From Cyanophora paradoxa CCMP329 (Eukaryota > Plantae > Glaucophyta), in NCBI GenBank assembly GCA_004431415.1, contig QPMI01000508.1, positions 1 through 64,000 of the forward strand: a DNA stretch of 64,000 bases. The letters are read 5' to 3'. A program made the translations under genes and the position numbers. Below the pieces are notes generated by a model. The model made no database searches, was not told the origin of the DNA, and saw nothing but the letters and a program-made list of their open reading frames with translations. This document shows positions 10,683 to 21,493 of the stretch, piece by piece. Positions within the stretch are counted from its first letter, which is position 1, and the number at the start of each line of letters is the position of its first letter.

Positions 10683-13600
10683 ATGCCCCGCCAATCCAAT
10701 AGAATCATCAAAGAGAAGAAAAACGAAATACTCGGTCTTTTAGGAACCCTTTTAGTCACTGGTGATATTACAGAATTTGAATATGATCGCCAGGCAGCAA
10801 TCTTGGATAGGAGACCAAGATTATCTCAACTCACAGAAATGACAAATCGCCTCTATGATCGTTTTGAGAAAATGGAGGAATTCAGGGATGAAGGTTTAAG
10901 GTTGGGAACAATTGAACCCGAGATTGAGGATGGGGAAGCAATGAACAAAGCATATTCTTGGTTAACCTATCGAGCAAGAGGTGAGGTTATCCAAGATGGG
11001 ATTGAATTCTTGGAGAGAATTGCACCCAATCTACCACAGAGACTGAGACAGAAACTCCAAGACCTGAGAGCAATTAAAACTCGTCTCACATTCATCTGTA
11101 AATTCACCAAAGTGAGTGATCCAAGGGTGTGGATCACCAAATTCATTTACAGTGATTACTTTGTCATCACAAGATCACGAAATATTGATGTTGAACTGCG
11201 AAATGCCCTTCAATCTATGCAGGAGCAGATGATGCAGGTGGACAGTTACAGACTGGATCGCATTGAGATGCTGAGAGTGGTAATAATGTCTTATGCTCCT
11301 GTGGGTGGTTGCTTCTTCTCAACTCCTGAGTGGATTGGATCAAAGAGAGCAACTGTGAATGTCAAGAATATTGATGGTCAAGATTGCTTCAAGTATGCAA
11401 TCTTGGCTTACCTGCACCGAAATGATATTAATAAACACAAGAGCAATGAACCCAGCCAGTATAGAAGATGGTTAAACGAACTCAATTTCGAAGGCATCCA
11501 GTTTCCAGTTGCCTGTGATGCAGAGGTTATTGATCGATTTGAGGAGCAGAACCCTGAACTGAGTATCAACATTTATGGTGCAGATAATCAAGCACAGTGT
11601 TTCTATCCTCTCCATCAATCCAGCAACCCGAGGAGAAAGACCAAGATCAACCTTTTATTAATCGAAAACGAAGAGGATGATAGAGGGCATTATATCACCA
11701 TCATGTCTCTGAGTAGACTCCTGAAAACCACCTTTGATAAAGCCCATGATGGTCGCATTTATTACTGTGAGACCTGCCTGTCTCGTTTCAGAACTCAGGA
11801 GAAGCTGGACATTCACTTAGAAGCCAATCGCTGCATTGATTGGAGGGAGAGCAAAGGTAAATGCCCGAAATCTGGAAGTCAAATTGCATTTGGGCTTCAA
11901 CACCTTCGCAAAACTGTGTGGCTTCCCACTATCTGCTATGTAAAAATGGATAGTCACTCGGTTCCAATTGATGAGAACCGCAGTAAAAGAGAGGTAAAAT
12001 CGGTTTCTCTAACAGTTGTGATGGGGGATGAGGTGATCTCTCATCATTTCGAGGGATCAGATCCACTTGGTGCTCTGTTTACCACTCTCACAGAGATCAG
12101 ACCCCAAGTAATCCGCACTCTATTCACCAATATTCCAATGCACCCACTCACAGAAGAGCAGAAAGCACAATACAAGATCACTAAACACTGTTATATCTGT
12201 GCCGAACGATTTACCCATGAGAATTTCCCAGTGAGAGACCATTGTCATCAATCAGGAGCATTTATTGGGAAAGCATGCCGAAACTGCAACCTCCACAGAA
12301 GAATCTCAAAGCAAACCAAGGTAGCAATTGTGGTGGATCACATGGATGAATGTGGACACGAAATATTCCGCAAAATTGCACAGCAAGATGATAAACTTCG
12401 TGTTGAGATTCTGAGCAAGAATTTCGACCAATACCTCTCCCTGCAATGGGGCATGTGGAAATTCATTGATGCTTCGCATTTCATGGACTTCCAGGCAGTG
12501 GATGCAAGTGATCTAATGGGTAAATTCCAGACTTTCCGAGAATTGGCGTTTTCCCAATATGGATTAGATCCTGCCCATTATGTTTCGGCTCCTGGATTAT
12601 CCTGGATGCAATGCTAATTTATACCAGAGCAAAGATTGAGCAGATCAGTGATGTAGGGCAATACGAATTTATTGAGAGGGCAATTCGAGGTGGGTTTGCT
12701 ACAATGCCTACTCGATATGCAAAGGTGGAAAACCCAGATGACCATATAGTTCTCTTGGATGCAAATAATCTGTATGGTTATGCTCTCAGTCAAGAACTGC
12801 CCATTGGCGATTTTCGATGGGAAGATGTCTCAGAGGCACTTAAAGAGACCCCAGGACGAAGTGCCTTCATTGAAGTTGACCTGGAATACCCACAAACTCT
12901 CACAGATCATTACGATTTTCCACTTGTAGTGAATAAAGAGCATGTCACCACCGAAATGCTGGGTGGGTATCAAAGAAAGTTACTGGATATCACAGGTGAG
13001 AAGATAAGCAAAGACCCCAAACTCACAGCAACATTCTCACCCAAAAACAACTATGTGATTTCCCAACCTCTCTTGGTCTATCTTGTGAGCAAAGGTATTA
13101 TAATCACGAAGGTTCACAGGGTTCTCTCATTTGCAACCTCTGCATTTATGAATAGTTATATTGATCTAAATACGAAATTGAGGCGCCAATCTATGTCCAG
13201 ATTCGAGAGTGACTTCTTTAAATTAATGAACAATGCAATCTATGGTAAATGCCTCGAATCATGCAGGGGTCGCTCTGTGGTAAAGATTGCAAACAGTGAG
13301 AAACTCTGCAAGAAATATGCTGCAAGTCCACTCATCAAGGCAACCAATGTATTAAACGAAAATGCTGTTGCCTTTGAGATGTATTCCAAGCATGTTCACT
13401 TAGATAAACCTGTTGCAATTGGTGCTTTCGTGCTGGATTTTGCGAAACTCCATAATAGCAGGTTCTTTTTTGATGTGGTGAGGAGAACTTGGGAAACAGC
13501 AGAGCTACTATTCCATGATACAGATTCTTTCTGCCTACTGCTGCATACCAATGATCTAAATAATGAGATGAAGCGAATTTCTGAACACCTGGATTGCAGT

Positions 13601-13944
13601 AATTATGATCCCTCCCACCCTCTCTTTGATAGGAGCAATCGTTTGATTCCAGGTAAATATAAAAACGAGTTTCCCAATGCAAAGATTGTGGAGTATGTAG
13701 GTCTGAGATCGAAACTCTATGCTTTCAGAACTGAGACCTTTGATAAAATAAAGATGTCTTTCACTTTGATGATTTCAAAAGATGCCTGTTTGAAGGCATC
13801 ACCAAAACAGTAGCAGTAGTAAACAAGCGAAGGCAAGACCACAACCTATATGATTTGGAGAGCAGAAGGGTGGCTCTAAACCAACTCGATAGCAAAAGGA
13901 AGATATTAGACGATGGAATTCACAGCATTCCATTTGGGCTCTAA
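10683..13944 (+). CDS. Maverick/Polinton protein-primed family B DNA polymerase with C2H2 zinc finger and endonuclease VII-like insert; frameshifts near 12605 and 13750
   Basis: NVKNIDGQDCFKYAILA, CETC..H, CYIC..VRDHCHQSG...AC..CN, YGLDPAHYVSAPGLSW, RGG, DANNLYG, FKLMNNAIYGK, HDTDS, GLRSKLY. The C-terminal D.KRKILDDGIHSIPFG lies in the shifted frame and ends at 13944. Confidence 0.9.
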
Positions 13945-14127
13945 TCTACTTCATTGATCTTTCTTTTTCTTTGGTTTCGCTCTCCAAGAAGTAACAAACC
14001 GCGAATTAAATGCAGCAGCCATATACATCTTAATCCTGGATCATTGGGCTCAATTGCAAAGTAGTTTGGAATTGTGTTCTCCTTCCACACAGACTCTTGC
14101 ATTTATTATATGAGAGATAAGGTAAAG

Positions 14128-15527
14128 ATGCCTTCTACACAAATAGGATTGAGACAACCACCAAGAATTGTGAGAAAAGAGGCAATTGAAGATCGAGGGA
14201 ATATCCTGCCCATCACAGTTCCAGTGGAGGAGAAGAGCAGTCGAATATTAAAAAGATCAGAGATGGTCAAGCAATTAATCCAGAGACACTCCCAGCTGAG
14301 ACAGCACCAAAAGAGTCAAAGATTGCTAAGAAGTTCTATGATCCCAGGACAGGCTACAAGGGATTTACTGCAATGAGACAGGAACTACCAGAGGAGAACT
14401 ACAAGAAGATGAGAGAATGGTATGATAAGCAGGAGGTTGTCCAAATTAATGCACCCACCCTATCTCGAAAGAGAGATCCCATGATTCCAATTAGGCAACC
14501 CCTTGATACCTATGTGATTGATCTGCTCTTCTTTCCTGCATACAAAAAGCAGAATGATGGTTATGATACATTTATGAGTGCAATGGAGTCAACCCTGAGA
14601 ACAGGGTTCATTATTCCAATGAGAGACAAAAGTGCTCTTACTACACTTGCAGCATTCAAGCAACTTGAACAGAGAGTCCCCAGACCTATTGTTCGCATTC
14701 AGAGTGATAGTGGAAGCGAATTTACCAATGTGTTATTCACAGATTATTTGGGAACGAAATTCATTGAGCATCAACTAAGTGATGTTGCAGATCACAGAAC
14801 CCAAGGTCGAATTGAAGCCTTTAACAGACAGATCAAGAGATTGATCACAAACTACTGCATTGCAAATAATACTGCACGATTTTTTGATGTGTTGGGTGAT
14901 ATTGAGTTTAATTATAATAATACCATTCACTCTGCAACCAAGAGAAAACCAGCAGAGACCACAGAAGCCCACTACAAAGAGATAGTGAATATGGAGGATC
15001 AGAGATTCAAGAAATCGATTGAGTATCTTGATGCCCTGAAACCTGGAATGTTTGTGAGAGTGAAAGTTGAAAAGAACCCATTTGCAAAGCAGGGAGTTAA
15101 TTGGTCTCGAATTGTTTATAGTGTGGAGGGCAGAGAGGGCTTCAAGTTCAGAATCAGAAGTCCCAGTGGTGAGATAGTTGATGGTAGATTCGCTTTTCAT
15201 GAACTGCTGCCCATTAAAGGTGTTGAGTATCATGAAACTCCCACAGTGGATGCCCTTGAACAGGCAAAAGAGGAAGCCAGGGTTGATTCAGCAATCAGAA
15301 AGGAGGGCATTGAAAAAGCAAGTGAAGTTCCAAAAGAGCCCCTCACAGAAGCAAGAGCACAAAAGAAGGGCAGAGTAGAGAAAGAATTAAAGAAGTTGAC
15401 CATAGCAGGAACCCAGAAGTTATCAGAAGTTAACAGTCAGAGGTGGTATAATGACTTTTCAACCACCAAGGAAACATATACTGCACCCCAAACTCGATTT
15501 AATTTACGAAGTGGGCAGAAGAAATAG
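14128..15527 (+). CDS. RVE integrase (copy C), frameshift in the N-terminal part (~14240-14290)
   Basis: YVIDLLF, IQSDSGSEF, QGRIEAFNRQIK, YNNTIHSATKRKP. The shifted N-terminus FYDPRTGYK matches MYDPKTGFK of copy A. Confidence 0.9.
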
Positions 15528-15528
15528 A

Positions 15529-15771
15529 TTAACAACGCTTTCGGAATCTCTTAGACCTCTGGCGAATTTTCCTCATTTGTCTATCTTTTTCAATAATTTC
15601 CAAGAAGAAAGTTTCAAGGTTTGAAACCAGTTGGTAATTGTAAACAAAGAACAGTCTCACATGCTCTGGCTGTGACATGAAGAAATTGTAATAGAAAGCA
15701 GTCTTGAAATCATGTATCCAATCTGACTGGGAAGCATGGATGATAGCAGGGTCTTGGTAGATGGGATCCAT
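15529..15771 (-). CDS. Hypothetical protein with basic C-terminus
   Basis: 80-aa ATG ORF converging on integrase C. Confidence 0.4.
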   Translation of the reverse strand: MDPIYQDPAIIHASQSDWIHDFKTAFYYNFFMSQPEHVRLFFVYNYQLVSNLETFFLEIIEKDRQMRKIRQRSKRFRKRC

Positions 15772-15931
15772 AGCAGAAGTTGAGAGAATCCAGAAAATCC
15801 TTGTCAATTTTTTATTTTGTTAGTGCCCGATCTCACCGAAACCTGATAGCCGCTGGTGAGAGGATTTTTAATCTGTTTTTAGTATTAAAAACGGAGCAGT
15901 TGGTGATAAAATACATATATATGACCGATAT

Positions 15932-16032
15932 TGAAGTTTCGGTGAAGTTCGGTGAAGTTTCAATGAAGTTTCGGAGCGAAGTTTCAATGAAGTTTCGGTG
16001 AAGTTTCGGTGAAGTTTCGGTGAAGTTTCGGT
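15932..16032 (+). repeat. Tandem 11-bp repeat (GAAGTTTCGGT)n
   Basis: About 8-9 imperfect copies seen directly. Confidence 0.85.
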
Positions 16033-16059
16033 CAATAGGATAATTTGACGAAATAAATT

Positions 16060-16266
16060 AATTTGTCACCAGTGACAAATTATGTCACCGGTGACAAATT
16101 ATGTCATCGGTGACAAAATTATGTCGTCGATGACCGAATTCACCAAAGAAATTATGTCACCGGTGACAAATTAAGTCATTGTTGACCACATTCACATAAG
16201 AAATTATGTCACCGGTGACAAATTAAGTCACCGGTGACCACATTAATTATGTCACAGGTGACAAAT
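16060..16266. repeat. Array of about 9 palindromes, consensus TGTCACCGGTGACA
   Basis: Iterated AATTATGTCACCGGTGACAAATT with variant centres. Confidence 0.9.
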
Positions 16267-16687
16267 AAAACTATGATGCATATGAAAACATATATATTGC
16301 AGATATACACAAAACCTCCGCATGACCGGTTGACTCAGACGGAATTTCTGGTAAAAAAGTGTATATATATGCATATATATACTTGACGGTTCGCGTTACT
16401 ACTGTGGGCATCGCGTTGCTGCTGTGGCGATTTCGCCATCTTCAAACGCTTGTATCTCCTCACCAGATCATCCGCTCGCACCCGCTAAAATAGCGTTAGA
16501 AAGCGCTTGAAAAGATCTACACGACGATATAGGTATCAAGTATATATACGTATATATTACATACAGTAAAATAATGCGAAAATACAGTAGCTACTGTTAA
16601 AAATCTCTACAATGTATACGACGATACAGTAGCTACTGTAAAAAATCGCCATAATCTGGCGCACCATACATCAGAAGTCCTGAATTT

Positions 16688-18229
16688 CTATACACTTCGA
16701 ATAAATGCACCTGTAACATCCACTCTCATAGTTGGGGCATTTATATATACAATTGGATAAATACGAATATACCTTGTCCTCACAGGGTAGCCAACATAGA
16801 AAACGTCTCTAATAGAGGTGGGAAACCCAGAACTGTATGAGACATCACCACTGTTATGGGCATTATTAATAGTTTCACACATGAACACTCTGTTGACACC
16901 TTCATACTTGATAAATGACCAGGAAACACCATCTTGTGATGTTGCAACATTGAAGGTCTTAATAAAGGCATTGGTCACACCAGAACCATATGCAATTATA
17001 GATGCAACCTCAAATATATATGGGAAGGATAATTGGAGATACTCAGTGGGAACACTCCATATCCCATCAGGAGCAGATGCATTTGCCTCCCAACCAGTTA
17101 ATGAAGGTCTTGCTTTAAATGCCTCCCTTCCAATTTTTGATGATGAAGCAGTGAATGCACCATCTGATAGAAGATACCAGTTAGCATCAATGGGAGGTAT
17201 GTTATTCAGAGTGGATGATATATAGAACCTTGCAGGGTTCTTGATTTCATAATTTGCAACCAGTAAATCACAGAGTCTATCAATCATCACAGTGTTTGCT
17301 GCTATATACATTTCGGTTGCATCTATCATATCTGGTATCTTAGAGGTATCATCCAGAGAGTTTACTATGGTCTTTGGAAGTGGAACAGAGAGTCTATAAT
17401 ATCTTGCATATCCTTGGTCATCATTATATGGGAGAAACTCTTGCATCTTTTCCAGGGCTGAGAGTTCACTTGCAGCCATCAACATATTAATTAATGGACT
17501 CCCAGAGGTCGAAGCAATCCATGAGAGAATGCCCCAGCTGTTGACATCTTCATAGGAATATCCCACATTTGGGGCATCTGTTTCATTGACCTCACCACAG
17601 GATATACTGATCACAATTATATCATCATCATCATCATAGATCTTTTTAGCATGGCTGTAACCGCATACACTGGGATTGTTGTTACCTGATATTGCACCAT
17701 CAATTAGAGACATCCCATCATAGTTCACAGGTGAGAAGTAAGTAGGTGCAGCAGAGGTGGATCTTGCAGCAATCTTGCTGGGGATAGATTTGTAGGAGTT
17801 ATCATTGGTGATAAAGATGGGCTTCATACTCACAGTATCAAAACTTGTGATCACCACATCTTTTAGAGAGTCTTGGATGAGAGACTCACCAGTAACAGTG
17901 AGAATGGCTGTCTCCAATGGGGTCACATCATACTTGGTGTTGAAGAGGGCATTATCTATAATATTTCGGGGATTTGCAAAGATTAAAGGCAGTTGGTTGA
18001 GATAAGTGGAATGCAAATCGGTTGCAGTGAGTTTAGGTTCGTTTGGAAATTCGGGGTTTTTCACATTGAGACCAATCGCAATTATCCCACCAGTGGATGT
18101 TCCACTCACCAGGTCAACAAGATCTATTACTCTTTTTCCTGTTCGAGTTTCGATTTCTTTTAGCAATCTCGTAATAATTATACCACGAGCTCCCCCACCT
18201 GATAATGAGAGAATTACACGAAGGGGCAT
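16688..18229 (-). CDS. Patatin-like phospholipase fused to a C-terminal F5/8 type C (discoidin) domain
   Basis: SLSGGGARG, GTSTGG nucleophile elbow, STSAAPTYF, IDGA. C-terminal FTASS...EYLQL...VATSQDGVSW...TRYIRIYP...MRVDV. Confidence 0.9.
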   Translation of the reverse strand: MPLRVILSLSGGGARGIIITRLLKEIETRTGKRVIDLVDLVSGTSTGGIIAIGLNVKNPEFPNEPKLTATDLHSTYLNQLPLIFANPRNIIDNALFNTKYDVTPLETAILTVTGESLIQDSLKDVVITSFDTVSMKPIFITNDNSYKSIPSKIAARSTSAAPTYFSPVNYDGMSLIDGAISGNNNPSVCGYSHAKKIYDDDDDIIVISISCGEVNETDAPNVGYSYEDVNSWGILSWIASTSGSPLINMLMAASELSALEKMQEFLPYNDDQGYARYYRLSVPLPKTIVNSLDDTSKIPDMIDATEMYIAANTVMIDRLCDLLVANYEIKNPARFYISSTLNNIPPIDANWYLLSDGAFTASSSKIGREAFKARPSLTGWEANASAPDGIWSVPTEYLQLSFPYIFEVASIIAYGSGVTNAFIKTFNVATSQDGVSWSFIKYEGVNRVFMCETINNAHNSGDVSYSSGFPTSIRDVFYVGYPVRTRYIRIYPIVYINAPTMRVDVTGAFIRSV

Positions 18230-18278
18230 CTTTACTTAACTCAAATTTAATAAATCTCTATAAGTAGAGTAAATTGGG

Positions 18279-21200
18279 ATGAGTTTCAATTATCCAGCAA
18301 ACCTGCAAACCATTCCTTCATCAGGAAGAGGGAAGGCAGATAACAAACATGTAAATTTCGATAACTTGACAGCCAGAGGGTCAATCTCAATCGACCATAG
18401 TGCAGATGAACCCTCAAAGACTCACCCAAGAATGCATGCACTTTCAATAAACGAAATGGATCCTGAAAAAGAGGATGTGAGTGTTGCTTTCAGCATGGGG
18501 AATGTGAAATCGAATCAGGTAGCCCAGATTAAAGCAACCAGGAGCAGACCAAGAAAACTGAAAACCAGTGCAACCCATCCAGATATTCCAACTCGATTCG
18601 ATAGTGGAAGGTTGATATTCAATGTTCAAAATGAGAAGGGTGGGCATCAGAGTGGTTTAAGAATCTATAATGAAGGATCAAATGCAATTGCACAAATTCC
18701 CGAAATATTACAGATAGCACCCCATGCAGAAACCAACAAAATCGAGTTCACTAACAATGTTTATCCACGAGATATTGTGGCGAATTCGGCTTCTAATGCG
18801 CAATTCGGTTTCCAACTACCTGGTGATACAGCAAAGAATAAGGCGTCTATCACTGTCAACAGTAGCCCCACTCAACCAGTAACAATTCATTTACACCCAG
18901 ACCTTGTCGAAATGGACAGGCACCTTTTACCATTGGTAACCAACACCAAAGATCTTGGTATCAGAACCAGGCAATGGCGAAATATCCATGGAAGCAATGT
19001 GTATGCAAATGGTGAGAAACTTGTAAGTGAGAAGACCATCAGAGAGATCTTTGAGTATTATGGACCTGTCCCAGTTCCCTTCCCTCTTCCATGGGATCCA
19101 CCAGATTTAACACCAAAAAAGCAACCAGGAAGAGAATACACAGCAGATGAGACAGTTCCCTTTGGGCAACACATTGTGAGTTGGGAGCAAGTTCGAAATA
19201 AACCGATAATTGAACCAAGAAAGCAAATAGATGAGCAATATTTACCTCCTGAAATCGATATTTTGGAGCTTGATGAATACCAATTCGTCCCAGATGAGGA
19301 AGAATATTTACCAGATGGTTTCGACCCACAAGAGTATGAATATGATCAGTATGACCCCAATGAGGAAGAGTATCTACCAGATGGCTTAGATCCACAAGAG
19401 TATGAGTATGAGCAAAATTATGAACCCCATGAGGAATATTTAGCAGATGGTCACGAACCACCAGTTGTGGATTATGAGCAACCATATGAACCCCATGAAG
19501 AATTATTACCAGATGGATTTCGCCCAGAGATTTGGGAATTCTTCCCTGATTGGGAGCAGATCAACAATAAACCAGCCAGATATCCACCAGAGGATCACAA
19601 CCATGACTGGGATGAGATATTAGGTAAACCAGAGAAATTCCCACCAGAGGATCACAGGCATGATTGGGGTGATATTGATGGAAAACCAGAAGAGTTTCCA
19701 CCAGAAGATCATTTGCATATTTGGAGTGAAATACGAGAACAACCCACTTTTGCATCAGCAGGTAATGTATTATTAGGAGATATTAACAATGGTGTGAGTC
19801 TCTATCAAAATATAGACACACCAGCAAGATTACAATTAAATGATTACTATGTGAATCGAAAGGGAATAGATGCAGGCACCACAATGGAAGGCGAATTATA
19901 CATTAGACCCCCTACAAGAAATGGAATATTGGGACTTGGTGGTGGTATTGAAATTAAAGACACCAAACCAGGTATCTATCTTACCAGCTACTATGCAGAT
20001 GACATCCCAATGACAGGAGGATTGATCTCTCTACCATCTGATCCAGCAAACTATGATGATAAAAACGCAGCAATCCAAATTAATGTTACTGATGTGAGTG
20101 ATTTAGATTCATCAAGACCGAAATTAATATTCAGCAGAGAGAGATTGTTACCAGATGCACTTTTGGGGAACCGAGATGACTATAAACAATGCGAGGTTGC
20201 ATGGATTAAAACGAATTATAATGGTGGAGTTGGTGAGGGAGTTTTAGAAATTAATCAGAGGGCAGCAGCAAAGAATATTCACAATGAGACCATATCAAGA
20301 GTGGTAACAGAGGATTATCTGAGAGACAATGGAGCAACAATCATCGCAGGAATTGCTGTGGAGGGTGCTTACCTTCCTCTCACTGGTGGAACTGTCACAG
20401 GTGATGTTCATGCTCCGAATTTCCTTGTTGATACTCCAAATGCTCAGACATTTCCTGTTGTTCACCCAGGTGCTGAATATATATTAGATGCAAACACTCC
20501 AATTAGTAGAGTCGAATTACCAACGAATTTCACCTTTAATCTCGTGGATGAGTTCCCAAACAGCCATAATCTCATGTATTTCTCTTCTGAGAATTACCTT
20601 TCAGGTGCATTTTCGCCCATTGAACTCTCCATACCAAAGCAAAAGGTGAGCTACAAAGAACTCACAGATGTCCCGGCAGGATTTAGTGGTAAATGGACTG
20701 ATATTACGGAGAAGCCAACTTGGAGTAGTGTAGCATTCACAGGTGATTACTATGATTTATCAAGAATTCCCGATTTCACCACTTATATACCTCGTTGGAT
20801 TGATCAAAGTGTAATTATATCAGAATCTACACTCCCTTTCAATGGGACATGGGATAGACTATTTACTAAACCGAATTTGCATGCTGTGGCTACAAGTGGT
20901 GACTACAATGATTTAACTAACACCCCTACTGCACCGACCTTGCATGCTGTGGCTACAAGTGGAAACTATAATGATCTCGTTAATACACCAAACTTGCATG
21001 CTGTGGCTACAAGCGGGAACTATGACGATTTAATTAACACACCCACTTCGCCACCTACTCACAATCACAGCATAGAGTTGCTTACGAATTTCGGTAATTA
21101 TGTGAATGCAAATGCATATGTGCAACAGGGGACAGCAAATGTAGTCATTCCTGCCGGAGTCTATTACAAAGGGGATTTTACCACAGTATCGGGAACCGTT

Positions 21201-21473
21201 ACATTTTCTACCCCATATAATAGTGATCCAATAGTTAATGCTACTCTCGAAAATGATATTATCTTAACAAGTGTCAATTTTACAAACAGCATATATATCT
21301 CCGCTGAATTTGTGAGTGGGAACCGTGTTGGTTTCAAAAATAAATTCACTTGGATTGCTATATTTACTTGTTACTCGGACATCAATTATACGAATGTGCC
21401 CCAAAACGAAAGAACCCTTAAACTCCATTGGATTGCTGTCGGACCTCTCCAAAACAATAATATTCTCACGTAA
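18279..21473 (+). CDS. Large repetitive fibre/tail-fibre-like virion protein
   Basis: Phage-fibre-type motifs P..TNTKDLG...W.NI, YLPLTGGTVTG, (LHAVATSG.Y.DL.NTP)x3 and (PPEDH.H.W..I)x3, plus acidic YLPDG repeats. C-terminal VTFSTPY..DPIV...LHWIAVG resembles gp53/H-lectin domains. Confidence 0.7.
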   Translation: MSFNYPANLQTIPSSGRGKADNKHVNFDNLTARGSISIDHSADEPSKTHPRMHALSINEMDPEKEDVSVAFSMGNVKSNQVAQIKATRSRPRKLKTSATHPDIPTRFDSGRLIFNVQNEKGGHQSGLRIYNEGSNAIAQIPEILQIAPHAETNKIEFTNNVYPRDIVANSASNAQFGFQLPGDTAKNKASITVNSSPTQPVTIHLHPDLVEMDRHLLPLVTNTKDLGIRTRQWRNIHGSNVYANGEKLVSEKTIREIFEYYGPVPVPFPLPWDPPDLTPKKQPGREYTADETVPFGQHIVSWEQVRNKPIIEPRKQIDEQYLPPEIDILELDEYQFVPDEEEYLPDGFDPQEYEYDQYDPNEEEYLPDGLDPQEYEYEQNYEPHEEYLADGHEPPVVDYEQPYEPHEELLPDGFRPEIWEFFPDWEQINNKPARYPPEDHNHDWDEILGKPEKFPPEDHRHDWGDIDGKPEEFPPEDHLHIWSEIREQPTFASAGNVLLGDINNGVSLYQNIDTPARLQLNDYYVNRKGIDAGTTMEGELYIRPPTRNGILGLGGGIEIKDTKPGIYLTSYYADDIPMTGGLISLPSDPANYDDKNAAIQINVTDVSDLDSSRPKLIFSRERLLPDALLGNRDDYKQCEVAWIKTNYNGGVGEGVLEINQRAAAKNIHNETISRVVTEDYLRDNGATIIAGIAVEGAYLPLTGGTVTGDVHAPNFLVDTPNAQTFPVVHPGAEYILDANTPISRVELPTNFTFNLVDEFPNSHNLMYFSSENYLSGAFSPIELSIPKQKVSYKELTDVPAGFSGKWTDITEKPTWSSVAFTGDYYDLSRIPDFTTYIPRWIDQSVIISESTLPFNGTWDRLFTKPNLHAVATSGDYNDLTNTPTAPTLHAVATSGNYNDLVNTPNLHAVATSGNYDDLINTPTSPPTHNHSIELLTNFGNYVNANAYVQQGTANVVIPAGVYYKGDFTTVSGTVTFSTPYNSDPIVNATLENDIILTSVNFTNSIYISAEFVSGNRVGFKNKFTWIAIFTCYSDINYTNVPQNERTLKLHWIAVGPLQNNNILT

Positions 21474-21493
21474 TTATAAAGAGCAATTTAAAG

